DNA of 64,000 nucleotides from the IMG/VR virus record IMGVR_UViG_3300033545_000002, positions 464 through 64,463 of that record. One strand, given 5' to 3'. Positions 1 to 8,533 of this stretch are shown here, in pieces. The notes below the pieces were generated by a model. That model was not told the DNA's origin, ran no database searches, and saw only the letters and a program-made list of their open reading frames with translations. The stretch comes from a virus. The number at the start of each line of letters is the position of its first letter. The first letter of the stretch is position 1. The translations under genes and the position numbers were made by a program.

Positions 1-68
1 TTTAATAAAATTAGGCTTTGCTTTGCTTCAAGACAAATATAGGTTTTGTTACAATAAGAGATTTAAAC

Positions 69-272
69 ATGGAACAACTGATCGAAAATTGGACCACGCC
101 GCAGGCATTAGCTAAAGAATTGAATATTAACCCATCTGTGATATACGGCTGGATTAAAAAGAAACAGATCGTATCAAAGCAATTGCCGGGCGGAATAAAT
201 ACGCTCAAGGTTAGGTATTTGGTGGATAAGTCCAGTCAGCCGCCCATTCGTACACGCGGGAGAGTTTGGTAA
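69..272 (+). CDS. Small helix-turn-helix DNA-binding protein (excisionase/MerR-like)
   Basis: TTPQALAKELNINPSVIYGWIKK has an HTH pattern; ATG at 69 preferred over the ORF-track start at 18. Confidence 0.55.
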   Translation: MEQLIENWTTPQALAKELNINPSVIYGWIKKKQIVSKQLPGGINTLKVRYLVDKSSQPPIRTRGRVW

Positions 273-326
273 ACTAAGTAGTTCCCCTTACTAAAATAAA
301 ATACCCATAACATTATTCGTAATTTA

Positions 327-358
327 TTTGGAATTAAAGAAACCTCGCCATATCTTTA
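327..358 (+). promoter_or_regulatory. Bacteroidota sigma70-type early promoter
   Basis: TTTG (327-330), 20 bp spacer, TATCTTTA (351-358); one mismatch to the TTTG/TAnnTTTG consensus, upstream of the small-gene run. Confidence 0.5.
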
Positions 359-406
359 TATCAGAAACGAAAACAGAAAGATTAATAACCACTAAAACAG
401 TTTACC

Positions 407-658
407 ATGAAAGTATCATCAGACCATCTTGAAACGCTTAGGGGTTGGGCTCTGCAACAAATGAAGGACGACAACATTTCTAAGGAAGATTGGGAGACGC
501 TGTATTCTGGCTACACGGATCAGCGGAAAATAATGGATTTTTACTGGTTTGCAACAAAGTCGGCCATTGCGTCAATGACCGTTCGCCCACTATTCTACCG
601 ATACGATGACAGTCATATCGAAACCGCCGTCCGCAAGTTGTACAAAGAAATTCAATAA
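407..658 (+). CDS. Hypothetical phage protein
   Basis: 83 aa ORF with an AT-rich leader, first gene after the candidate promoter. Confidence 0.7.
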   Translation: MKVSSDHLETLRGWALQQMKDDNISKEDWETLYSGYTDQRKIMDFYWFATKSAIASMTVRPLFYRYDDSHIETAVRKLYKEIQ

Positions 659-694
659 CCATTTTAAATAACGAATTAAAAACTAAGAGACACA

Positions 695-925
695 ATGGAT
701 AATTGGGTAAACATCAAAGCCAGAAGGCCAGATAAAGGGCAGATGGTTCTTATATATGAACCTTCCCCAAGCGGAGAATTGTACGAGGGTACTATGTTTG
801 TATCGCATTGGGAGAAAACAGACGGACTTAGTGATCGGAAGTGGGCATTCCCCGATTTTCAGGACGAACAGCCAAGCTACTATTACCCTACCCATTGGAT
901 GCCGCTACCACCTAAGCCCCTTTAA
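695..925 (+). CDS. DUF551-like phage protein
   Basis: N-terminal WVNIKARRP and C-terminal PTHWMPLPPKP match the DUF551 pattern. Confidence 0.75.
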   Translation: MDNWVNIKARRPDKGQMVLIYEPSPSGELYEGTMFVSHWEKTDGLSDRKWAFPDFQDEQPSYYYPTHWMPLPPKPL

Positions 926-1061
926 CACTAACCTCTAATTATTAATTATAAATCAATCTGTTATGAATAATGATCTTGTGTCTTGGTCAACTGGATCGAC
1001 TGGCCCTAATTAATCTCTCTCTTTATTTAATCAAAAATAAGACCTATAAATTAAAATAGTT

Positions 1062-1271
1062 ATGAACACCAAACAGCAAGATAGATTTTTTGTTGCCTTC
1101 GATCACCAAGCAAAAGCAGAAGGTAACGAATATCAATGGCAACTGCGCAGACGTCAGGTTGGCCGATCTTCCAAATTGATTATGTCACTTATCTCTGAAG
1201 AAGAAGCCATTAAAGAGTGCGCACATTGGAATAAAAATCACTCTGATGATATAGAAGTCCTGAGTACCTAA
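1062..1271 (+). CDS. Hypothetical phage protein
   Basis: 69 aa ORF in the + strand gene run. Confidence 0.6.
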   Translation: MNTKQQDRFFVAFDHQAKAEGNEYQWQLRRRQVGRSSKLIMSLISEEEAIKECAHWNKNHSDDIEVLST

Positions 1272-1394
1272 CCTTCTGCTTTTGGAAGGATTGAAAAGCG
1301 AGAGCATTGAAGTTTATCAAAACAATATGAAAGAGCTTCGCCGAATGGCTCAATTGGCAGATGCTTATAACAAACGAATTAAAGCCGACCAAGC

Positions 1395-2000
1395 ATGTCA
1401 AAAATCTTAGTGGCCTGCGAAGAATCTCAAGTCGTTTGTTCAGCGTTCCGCGCTAAAGGAGATGAGGCTTATAGCTGTGATATATCCCCGTGTTCCGGAG
1501 GACATCCGGAATGGCATATTCAAAAAGATGTTCGAGATGTATTGCGCCATGATATTATCAGTCCATTTAATTGTGAATGGGAGATGGTGATTTGTTTTCC
1601 GCCGTGTACGGATTTAGCTGTAAGTGGCGCACGCTGGTTCAAAGAAAAGATTGAAGACGGACGCCAACAAATAAGTATACGTTTCTTCAACTTCTTTACT
1701 AACCTGCAGAATCCAAAGGTAGCTATAGAAAACCCTATAGGCATCATGTCAACTCTTTACCGTAAGCCTGATCAAATCATACAACCGTGGCAATTCGGAC
1801 ATGGAGAAACAAAAGCTACTTGCTTATGGTTAAAAGGATTGCCACTCCTAAACCCTACCAACATCGTCGAAGGACGAGAGGGCAAAGTATGGCGAATGGC
1901 TCCATCAGAACATCGTGCTAAAATGCGTTCTAAGGCTTGGCTTAAACGAGCATTTGATGTGGTATCTGTTAAATTCATTTCTCCTGCCGATATTAACTAA
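1395..2000 (+). CDS. Orphan C5-cytosine DNA methyltransferase-like protein (C-terminus atypical)
   Basis: KILVACEES (SAM-binding motif I variant), FPPCT (catalytic PC), IENP (motif VI). Confidence 0.75.
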   Translation: MSKILVACEESQVVCSAFRAKGDEAYSCDISPCSGGHPEWHIQKDVRDVLRHDIISPFNCEWEMVICFPPCTDLAVSGARWFKEKIEDGRQQISIRFFNFFTNLQNPKVAIENPIGIMSTLYRKPDQIIQPWQFGHGETKATCLWLKGLPLLNPTNIVEGREGKVWRMAPSEHRAKMRSKAWLKRAFDVVSVKFISPADIN

Positions 2001-2002
2001 TC

Positions 2003-2302
2003 ATGAATACAACTATTGTTAACATCAAACACGACCAACATTGGGATGTATATATCGGTAGAGCGGGTAAGGGCCAAGATGGTTATTTTGGCAATCCATT
2101 TAGACTAGGCAAAGATGAATCAAGAGGTGCTACATTAGAAAGATATAGAGAATACTTTCATAATCGTATTGCTACTGATCCTGAATTTAAGCACCGTATA
2201 CACAATCTTAAAGGAAGAGTATTAGGATGTTTCTGTAAGCCTCATCCTTGTCACGGCGATATAATCATTGAATATCTTAATAATCTGAAGGACAATCAAT
2301 AA
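2003..2302 (+). CDS. DUF4326 family protein
   Basis: DVYIGR...FGNPF...LGCFCKPHPCHGDII signature. Confidence 0.85.
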   Translation: MNTTIVNIKHDQHWDVYIGRAGKGQDGYFGNPFRLGKDESRGATLERYREYFHNRIATDPEFKHRIHNLKGRVLGCFCKPHPCHGDIIIEYLNNLKDNQ

Positions 2303-2329
2303 TCACCCTTATTTTAAATACGGTTTAAT

Positions 2330-2542
2330 ATGAGACAGAAAACAGCATACGCAGTATTTACCCTTACAAATTCAGGATTGGATTACATGGTAAAGGGCAA
2401 CTTTGGGAACGATAAGCCAGCCGCCAATAATTGGGCCGATTTCCACAAAAACGATACAGGTTATACTGAATGGCGATGCACTCCTGAATCGGAGGTTCCC
2501 AAATATCCACACGGATTATTTGTCAAAGAAGTAAAATATTAG
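2330..2542 (+). CDS. Hypothetical phage protein
   Basis: 70 aa ORF tightly packed in the operon. Confidence 0.6.
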   Translation: MRQKTAYAVFTLTNSGLDYMVKGNFGNDKPAANNWADFHKNDTGYTEWRCTPESEVPKYPHGLFVKEVKY

Positions 2543-2545
2543 GTT

Positions 2546-2752
2546 ATGAAGAATAAAGGCAGGAGACACAAAGCCGCCTACCGTGAAGACATGGCCGGAG
2601 TGCTGAATTGCAAGGGCGCTCTAACACATATCACAAGACCTATCACTAGCATATCTCCAAAGGGTCGTGCGATAGGCAAGTTCCTCAAAAAGAAGTGGTC
2701 TAAGAGGGTTAGAGGATATTTCAAATCACAAACAAAAGACATAATATGTTAA
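2546..2752 (+). CDS. Small basic hypothetical protein
   Basis: 68 aa, K/R-rich, tightly packed. Confidence 0.6.
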   Translation: MKNKGRRHKAAYREDMAGVLNCKGALTHITRPITSISPKGRAIGKFLKKKWSKRVRGYFKSQTKDIIC

Positions 2753-2946
2753 ACCCCGAATGTGTTGACTACAGTCAAGGCAAAATTAAGATAGTCTTTA
2801 CGGATGATGCCGTAGACCATGCCTTGACTGTTTATCTTACCGAGGATGATGCGTTTAGGCTTGCACAGATGCTAATCAACAAAACAAATTGGCCTGCCAG
2901 AAAAGCCAGACAAGGCCGTCACGATCCATTTGTCATCCACTTCTAA
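2746..2946 (+). CDS. Hypothetical phage protein
   Basis: 66 aa, overlaps the upstream stop. Confidence 0.6.
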   Translation: MLNPECVDYSQGKIKIVFTDDAVDHALTVYLTEDDAFRLAQMLINKTNWPARKARQGRHDPFVIHF

Positions 2947-3000
2947 CCCTCAGTAAAAATACTCTCCTTACAATTAATTTTTTAAAACACTACAGTATTT

Positions 3001-3429
3001 ATGAGCGATAATAAAATGACGCCGGGTCCGTGGGTAGCGGGCGGTTCTTTTCCATACAAAGGAAATGAAGGGTATATATTTTCTACTGCTTCTCGGCCTG
3101 AAGTATTGGTTTGCAAGACATTTGGTAACAAAGACGAAAACTCTCCGCCATTAGATGAGCAGTTTGAAAATTCAAAGGCCATAACATCCGCCATCAATTC
3201 CACCTACGGCAAAAACATTAACCCTGAGAGTGTACCTGATTTGCTCGAAGCGTTAAAGGGTATTGTGGCAAGAGAAGAAAAGGCATACGCGGGGCGGAAA
3301 CAATCTGCTGATCATTTCAATAATAACACTCCGGGAGTAGGGATAAAATTCGATTACGAGACCCCTGCTGCAATGCCACAATGGATTTATGAAGCCAAAG
3401 CAGCTATAGCTAAAGCTCAATTACATTAA
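3001..3429 (+). CDS. Hypothetical phage protein
   Basis: 142 aa with the common phage N-terminus MTPGPW and a C-terminal AKAAIAKA helix. Confidence 0.7.
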   Translation: MSDNKMTPGPWVAGGSFPYKGNEGYIFSTASRPEVLVCKTFGNKDENSPPLDEQFENSKAITSAINSTYGKNINPESVPDLLEALKGIVAREEKAYAGRKQSADHFNNNTPGVGIKFDYETPAAMPQWIYEAKAAIAKAQLH

Positions 3430-3455
3430 ATCATCCACTATTTAAATATGATATT

Positions 3456-3641
3456 ATGACAAAAAGGGAATTGCTCATCATCTTTGATACGCTTAGTTGG
3501 GCAACGGATCAAATAGATGATATTATAGGGCAAGGGCCAGATGATGAGAAATATTGGAAAAAAATAATGAGAAGAGCCCAAAAGTCTTTCGATATTGTCG
3601 CCAAAGAAATCCAAAAACGAAATAGGAAACGAAATCAATAA
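3456..3641 (+). CDS. Hypothetical phage protein
   Basis: 61 aa ORF in the operon. Confidence 0.6.
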   Translation: MTKRELLIIFDTLSWATDQIDDIIGQGPDDEKYWKKIMRRAQKSFDIVAKEIQKRNRKRNQ

Positions 3642-3663
3642 AACAGTAAAATAAACGTTTATT

Positions 3664-3936
3664 ATGGATAATTTAAAATCATCGGCGTATCGGTTGCATT
3701 GCGGCTGCATACCGGATGCGTCAGGTTACGGATATTGCCCTGAATGCGAGCTAAAACTAAAGGAAAAGATTTGGAGGCAGATGAGCCATGAAAAGCGCCA
3801 ATACGATAGGCATTTCGCACCAGCGCAAAGCGCGGTATTGGATAAATCAATACGCTATGGTGAGCCGTCTGGTTGCTCCTGTCACATTAATCCACCGTGC
3901 AGTTATTGCACAAATAAAACCGACGAAGATGAATAA
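3664..3936 (+). CDS. Cys-rich (putative zinc-binding) hypothetical protein
   Basis: CGC...CPEC and CSCHINPPCSYC clusters. Confidence 0.65.
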   Translation: MDNLKSSAYRLHCGCIPDASGYGYCPECELKLKEKIWRQMSHEKRQYDRHFAPAQSAVLDKSIRYGEPSGCSCHINPPCSYCTNKTDEDE

Positions 3937-4180
3937 AAGCACCACTTGGGATAAAGTAGAAGCCTACGCCAGATATGAATTAAAGCTATTGCTGGATCAA
4001 TGTACAGAACAGCAATTGCTTACATTCAAACGAATGTACTCACACACGGACTCATCGCTGGAAATATATAAGATAGTAGACGCAATGACATGGGACAAAA
4101 TAAAACACGCCATGTACCAATGCGAAAATTCTATAAAATCAAATAAGGCTAAAGCCGTACTCGAAGAAGCCAATAAATAA
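3929..4180 (+). CDS. Hypothetical phage protein
   Basis: ATG at 3929 overlaps the previous stop (MNKSTTWDKV...), 83 aa. Confidence 0.65.
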   Translation: MNKSTTWDKVEAYARYELKLLLDQCTEQQLLTFKRMYSHTDSSLEIYKIVDAMTWDKIKHAMYQCENSIKSNKAKAVLEEANK

Positions 4181-4200
4181 CCTCTTAAATATAAATCGTT

Positions 4201-4452
4201 ATGAAGATTGAATTAAGCAAAGAAACCTCGGTGAACAAAAAGACTGGCGATCCATCCATTTACTATTGGGTTAGAGCCTTTGAGGGGGATGACCCTATCT
4301 TCAGGAAAGACTACGTTACAGAATGCTTTTGGGAGGAAGATGCCGCCAAAAGATTCTATGAAGGTTGCAAAAAGCACCTTGAAAAGTACGGTACATACGC
4401 CAGCCAGACCGAAACGCTATTGTCCGAAACCATTGAACTTACCACAGCATGA
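4201..4452 (+). CDS. Hypothetical phage protein
   Basis: 83 aa ORF in the operon. Confidence 0.65.
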   Translation: MKIELSKETSVNKKTGDPSIYYWVRAFEGDDPIFRKDYVTECFWEEDAAKRFYEGCKKHLEKYGTYASQTETLLSETIELTTA

Positions 4453-4589
4453 CACGCGCTCAAACACTCGAAAAGAAGATAGCCAGAAGTGCCACTATCG
4501 TAAAATGGTCTTTTATCGGCCTGATGGCAGTATTAGCAGGAGAGATTGGATACTTGGCTTATGTGTGCTATATCCTGGTAAAGCATTAA
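4449..4589 (+). CDS. Small single-pass membrane protein (46 aa, not in the ORF track)
   Basis: ATGA overlap with the previous gene; MTRAQTLEKKIARSATIVKWSFIGLMAVLAGEIGYLAYVCYILVKH. Confidence 0.6.
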   Translation: MTRAQTLEKKIARSATIVKWSFIGLMAVLAGEIGYLAYVCYILVKH

Positions 4590-4614
4590 TCCTCATCAAA
4601 CAAATCTATAAGAA

Positions 4615-4833
4615 ATGACTAAGGAAGCATTGCAGGAGCAACACCGAATGATTATCAGCCTTAGCGACGGGTCAAGCGAAGACCCTACAAAACTAAGCAT
4701 TGAATACGCTATTAGTGTGCTGAAAGAACTGGAGAATGCCGATTACCAGATTATTACAGAGGATGGAGTTATATGCATTCCGCAAGGCACGATTTCCGAT
4801 AAGATAAAACATCTCAAAGTTCTCCTTAAATAG
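4615..4833 (+). CDS. Hypothetical phage protein
   Basis: 72 aa, last gene of the + run before the terminator. Confidence 0.6.
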   Translation: MTKEALQEQHRMIISLSDGSSEDPTKLSIEYAISVLKELENADYQIITEDGVICIPQGTISDKIKHLKVLLK

Positions 4834-4860
4834 CGACGGTTTGATGGCTTTGGTTATAGG

Positions 4861-4883
4861 CCCTCCTTATTGGAGGGTTTTTT
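4861..4883 (+). terminator. Rho-independent terminator at the convergence point
   Basis: CCCTCC-TTATT-GGAGGG followed by TTTTTT. Confidence 0.75.
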
Positions 4884-5061
4884 CTTTTGTCGTCAAGCAT
4901 TTGCATAGTTCTATCAGGTTCTTGTCAAATAGTTCACTGCCGCCATTTGGGGGGCCATACTTCTTACAGAATAGCGAAATGAGGGTATCGCAGCATTTAA
5001 CATGAAAAGAGCTTGTAGAGGTTTCTATGGCCTTCAAAACCCAGTTAAATGATTCGTTCAT
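4867..5061 (-). CDS. Hypothetical phage protein
   Basis: 64 aa ORF converging on the terminator. Confidence 0.55.
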   Translation of the reverse strand: MNESFNWVLKAIETSTSSFHVKCCDTLISLFCKKYGPPNGGSELFDKNLIELCKCLTTKEKTLQ

Positions 5062-5092
5062 GGAGTTGTATTTAGTAGTTTATGTGGCTTTT

Positions 5093-5596
5093 CTATTTAC
5101 AGTACAGTATTTTTCGCAGTTGCTTGATTTCATTGGGGGTGAGTGGGCAAACATCACCAGCGGATCGGTTTAAAAGAGTTATATCTACAGCTTCGACGCC
5201 GCCGCCGCGCACCGCCATCCACTTGTCGTAAATATGAAAGCTTTCAATGAAAAATTGGTTAGGAGTACCGTCAAATCCGTATCCCACCCGATCCCCTACC
5301 GTAAATACTTCTCCATCTGAAAGACGCTTGACGGAGTGGATAGGCCAATTGGACACCACGGCGATATTCCAAAAGTGATGTCGGCGGTCCACCCGACCAA
5401 TAGGCATGTCGGACATCGATCGCCGATCTTCGTAGGAAAGAATCTCCCATTCTGGCTTTGGCCGGTGCATATGTGCCCAATAGTCTTTGTATTCAGATAT
5501 GAATCTGTCAAGTTCTGGATGAACTTGGGAACCCGGGGCATAAGCAAACCAGCAAAAATCTTTCACAGTTTTATCATCCCATTTAAATTCACTCAT
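5093..5596 (-). CDS. Hypothetical phage protein
   Basis: Likely start MSEFKWDD at 5596, downstream of the terminator hairpin; contains SVKRLSDGEVFTVGD. Confidence 0.65.
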   Translation of the reverse strand: MSEFKWDDKTVKDFCWFAYAPGSQVHPELDRFISEYKDYWAHMHRPKPEWEILSYEDRRSMSDMPIGRVDRRHHFWNIAVVSNWPIHSVKRLSDGEVFTVGDRVGYGFDGTPNQFFIESFHIYDKWMAVRGGGVEAVDITLLNRSAGDVCPLTPNEIKQLRKILYCK

Positions 5597-5620
5597 ACAA
5601 CTGGTGTATTTTAAGATTAG

Positions 5621-5655
5621 TAAAAAGAGGGGCCAACTATGAAGATAGTAGCCCC
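5621..5655 (-). terminator. Rho-independent terminator
   Basis: Minus strand GGGGCTACTAT-CTTC-ATAGTTGGCCCC followed by TCTTTTT. Confidence 0.6.
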
Positions 5656-6047
5656 GTTCCATTAAACCTTATCCTATGAAAAAATTGCCGTGTTTAAAGA
5701 GGGAGAGGCCACCATTCAGCCCCTCCCAGAAATCAACGATTGCTTGCCGGACCCAGATAAGGATCACTCCTATTCCGGGTCTTTGTGAGCCTGCTGTCAG
5801 GGTATGAAGTTGCAACTTCACATGGTCCGCACGTACCTTCATCAGCATAGGCAGATTTACGGATACCACTCACATAAGGCTGGATGATCAGTCCTCTGGC
5901 CTTATAAGTTTTAAAAATAGCGTCCGGGAGCGGTGTGCTTACGTATGATTTCTCACTTAGGGTTTACACCAGACCTACCCCCTCTCCTGACCACCATTTT
6001 TGCAGGAACTCGCAGGGCTGTTACCTCCCCAAGCTCTCCTACGATCT
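5656..6047 (-). ncRNA. Candidate structured non-coding RNA, family unknown
   Basis: About 390 nt without a convincing ORF, several hairpins, ends at a terminator. Confidence 0.25.
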
Positions 6048-6173
6048 TTAATATCCCGAATACCTACCTGAAGTTGCCGGGCATCCCATTCGCCTGCCGC
6101 TGCTGCATCCGGTAAAAATAATCGATATAATGAGAAGAAATAAAATCCCTACGGCCATTGATGTACGTTTCAT
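6048..6173 (-). CDS. Small lipoprotein (41 aa, not in the ORF track)
   Basis: MKRTSMAVGILFLLIISIIFTG-CSSGRRMGCPATSGRYSGY: basic n-region, hydrophobic h-region, lipobox FTGC. Confidence 0.7.
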   Translation of the reverse strand: MKRTSMAVGILFLLIISIIFTGCSSGRRMGCPATSGRYSGY

Positions 6174-6197
6174 TTATGAGGGGTTTTAGTGTACGGT

Positions 6198-7046
6198 TTA
6201 GTTCTGATTTTGATTAATTACCAATTCGTCAGTTCCTTCGATACCCCATGCAGTTACAATGAGATAGCCATCTCTTACAGGCTGTAACACCACAGGATCG
6301 TAGACAAGGATATAGCCTTCTTTTACAACGTAGCCAGATGTATTGAAGTCCGTCTGTGGAGCGCAAATCTTGAAATCTGGTCGAATTTTTTCGACCTTCT
6401 TTTCTGGTTTTTTTTGATCTTTGGCCTCTTCAAAACTTCCCCACGGGTCGAAGCCTAACATGGAGACGCTTTTAAACATTTGTTTGTACTGCGCCATCCT
6501 ATCATTCGGTACAATCTGGCGTGGCCTCGAAGATACGACGCCCAGAAAAGGACTTTCATATACCGGCGGCGGCTCCAGCATAGGGAGGCCCATATATGTG
6601 GAAAGAAGCTTCGTAAACGTAGATTCATATGTCACCTGTTCGATGTAATCCTCTTTGCGAAGGTTGAACGCTTCGATCTCGAAGAGATTTTTTTCAGGAA
6701 TGTCCCCAAGATACTTGCCTGCTTCACCAAGCACCAAACAGTATTTTTCGCAAATCTTTTTTACTTCCACCTCTGTTATGAACTTGTAGTTAGGATAGTG
6801 AATACGCCAATATTCAATAGCCTTTATGAGTTTGTTGGCGTCAGTTACTTTTTCTGGATGACCAGCAACTTCTTTCACCAGCTTGGCGGCTCCGAAACCT
6901 AGCTTCTTAATCCGTTCGGCTTTCTTGGCCTTATCTTCCTGCGGAAAGTTCAAAAGGTCTTTAGCTTCCTGCAATAGCCTTTCATCGGCGGAATAGAATG
7001 CGTCGTGAATTTCAGCAACGAGTTCATCGTTTGTTTTTGTATTCAT
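6198..7046 (-). CDS. Hypothetical phage protein (282 aa)
   Basis: Long clean ORF with a globular charged composition; no function recognised. Confidence 0.75.
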   Translation of the reverse strand: MNTKTNDELVAEIHDAFYSADERLLQEAKDLLNFPQEDKAKKAERIKKLGFGAAKLVKEVAGHPEKVTDANKLIKAIEYWRIHYPNYKFITEVEVKKICEKYCLVLGEAGKYLGDIPEKNLFEIEAFNLRKEDYIEQVTYESTFTKLLSTYMGLPMLEPPPVYESPFLGVVSSRPRQIVPNDRMAQYKQMFKSVSMLGFDPWGSFEEAKDQKKPEKKVEKIRPDFKICAPQTDFNTSGYVVKEGYILVYDPVVLQPVRDGYLIVTAWGIEGTDELVINQNQN

Positions 7047-7067
7047 TATTGTAAATTTTAAATGTGA

Positions 7068-7259
7068 TTATTTTACTTTCTTCAATTTGTTCTTGTAGTG
7101 AATGCGCCCACGATCATCCACGAAGTCAATAATCTCTCGTGCTTCTTCTACCGGGTCTTTCTTCCTTGAGAAAATAAATAACAACGTCAATCCTACAACA
7201 CACACAATCAACCCAGCAATAGAGACCTGAAAGAAACGGGACATTAATAGAATATACAT
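7068..7259 (-). CDS. Small membrane-anchored protein
   Basis: Hydrophobic stretch VSIAGLIVCVVGLTLLFIF followed by a basic tail. Confidence 0.6.
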   Translation of the reverse strand: MYILLMSRFFQVSIAGLIVCVVGLTLLFIFSRKKDPVEEAREIIDFVDDRGRIHYKNKLKKVK

Positions 7260-7315
7260 GGCAATTATGGATTTTTAGCGGTTAATTGATTGAATGGGTA
7301 AGGTTTAAAAACACG

Positions 7316-7531
7316 TTATTGACGTTCGTGCTTGGTTTGTGAAGCGTAGATCATTCTGCCTTTTTGATTCTTGCCAACGGGCCATTTTTCTACTGTCTGC
7401 TTGAACAAATCCGTTCCCAATTCTCTTTTCAGATGTTTGCCTGTATAGTGGTATTCGGCTGGATAACGGGGCTTGGTTGATTTGCTGATGGTTTGGGTGG
7501 TATTCATAATTTGGGGGTTTATTTTATCCAA
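7316..7531 (-). CDS. Hypothetical phage protein
   Basis: 71 aa, start overlaps the stop of the RHH gene. Confidence 0.55.
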   Translation of the reverse strand: MDKINPQIMNTTQTISKSTKPRYPAEYHYTGKHLKRELGTDLFKQTVEKWPVGKNQKGRMIYASQTKHERQ

Positions 7532-7683
7532 ACGATTTTTAATTCGCGTACGGCATATTCCACGGTTTCCGATTCAGACAGCTTCAGTTTCTTAGCCAAC
7601 CTCGCAATATCGGCTATCGTTCCTTCATCCAATCGGTACGTTTTGGGGAGGCGTGGCCCGTTTTCGTTGTCTTTTGCCTTCAT
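7519..7683 (-). CDS. Ribbon-helix-helix (CopG/Arc-like) regulator
   Basis: PKTYRLDEGTIADIARLAKKLKLSESETVEYAV fits the beta-alpha-alpha RHH pattern; ATG at 7683. Confidence 0.7.
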   Translation of the reverse strand: MKAKDNENGPRLPKTYRLDEGTIADIARLAKKLKLSESETVEYAVRELKIVWIK

Positions 7684-7688
7684 GACTG

Positions 7689-7723
7689 CTAAAATAGTAC
7701 ACGTATACGACAATTCCAAATAA
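7689..7723 (-). promoter_or_regulatory. Bacteroidota-type promoter with a palindromic operator in the spacer
   Basis: Minus strand TTTG, 20 bp, TATTTTAG; shares TTATTTGGAATT with the promoter at 324-335; GTACACGTATAC dyad at 7697-7708. Confidence 0.5.
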
Positions 7724-7753
7724 AAAATGGCCGCACACCTATGAACGGCCATT
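7721..7753 (-). terminator. Terminator of the late/lysis operon
   Basis: 8 bp stem AATGGCCG/CGGCCATT, with a T-run on the minus strand. Confidence 0.7.
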
Positions 7754-7786
7754 GAACCATCTAAAACCCCTATGAATATGAACGGA

Positions 7787-8422
7787 TTAACTATTGAATA
7801 AAAGACTTGGTAAATCGCCAAGTAAGTCGGCTGAAATCGTGTCCGGGCCGTACGAAATCCCATTTAGGACTTTGTCTGTGTGCTGTTTAATCTGGAATCC
7901 GCGCGTAGGGATATTCTGATCAGTATTGTACGAAGCCCAATAACTTTTGAATTTCAGATTAACGAACAATTGGGTGTTCGATAAATTTGTACCGAAGCCG
8001 ACGTATATTCCTGGCGTGTAGCCTCCGCTGTTGACTTCTTCCCACCACGCATTGCAATATGCGATGACATCTAAATCACTTGCAGATGTTGCCACTCCTT
8101 CAAGGTCAAGAAAAGTACTTACTAATGGCGGCGCTCCAATTCCTTTTAAATAGGTTACTGCGTATGCGCCCCACTGTTTACCTAATGCTGCCGTCGGTAG
8201 CCAATTCGGTAGAGGGCAATGCTGAACGAAATACAAGGAGAGATATTCAAGGATAGCCTGCATTTCCGGCTGTGTAACATTCCCCGCTGCTAACGCTGGC
8301 TCTCTCGGGATATACCTTGAAATACCCAATATGCCATTGTCGGAAATCTCCTTTGCTTGGGCACCACTCAGAACTTGGTTAATATCCGCATACGCTCCCG
8401 GTATAGCTTGCTTAACTACCAT
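7787..8422 (-). CDS. DUF1906 / GH25-like glycoside hydrolase, putative endolysin
   Basis: ISRYIP, FLDLEG, YTPGIYVG and the FQIKQH pattern of GH25-like TIM-barrel muramidases; last gene of the lysis cassette. Confidence 0.7.
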   Translation of the reverse strand: MVVKQAIPGAYADINQVLSGAQAKEISDNGILGISRYIPREPALAAGNVTQPEMQAILEYLSLYFVQHCPLPNWLPTAALGKQWGAYAVTYLKGIGAPPLVSTFLDLEGVATSASDLDVIAYCNAWWEEVNSGGYTPGIYVGFGTNLSNTQLFVNLKFKSYWASYNTDQNIPTRGFQIKQHTDKVLNGISYGPDTISADLLGDLPSLLFNS

Positions 8423-8431
8423 AAAATAAAT

Positions 8432-8533
8432 TTATTCGGACCAAGGTGATAAAACAAAAATCCAGAAAACTGTCGCTGCTATAGCAAAGGCTACGCATAG
8501 AGCAATTAAAAAGTATCGATCTTTCTTAGGCAT
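8432..8533 (-). CDS. 33-aa single-TM peptide (not in the ORF track)
   Basis: MPKKDRYFLIALCVAFAIAATVFWIFVLSPWSE fills the gap between two lysis-region genes. Confidence 0.5.
   Translation of the reverse strand: MPKKDRYFLIALCVAFAIAATVFWIFVLSPWSE

Noticed and set aside
1282-1410. TTG-started 42-aa frame between two genes
   Set aside because: Protein-like, but the start is uncertain and it is too short to call; it may be a gene remnant.
5900-5990. tRNA gene
   Set aside because: Stems are present but there is no TTC(G/A)A T-loop or cloverleaf spacing; no tRNA was recognised in the window.
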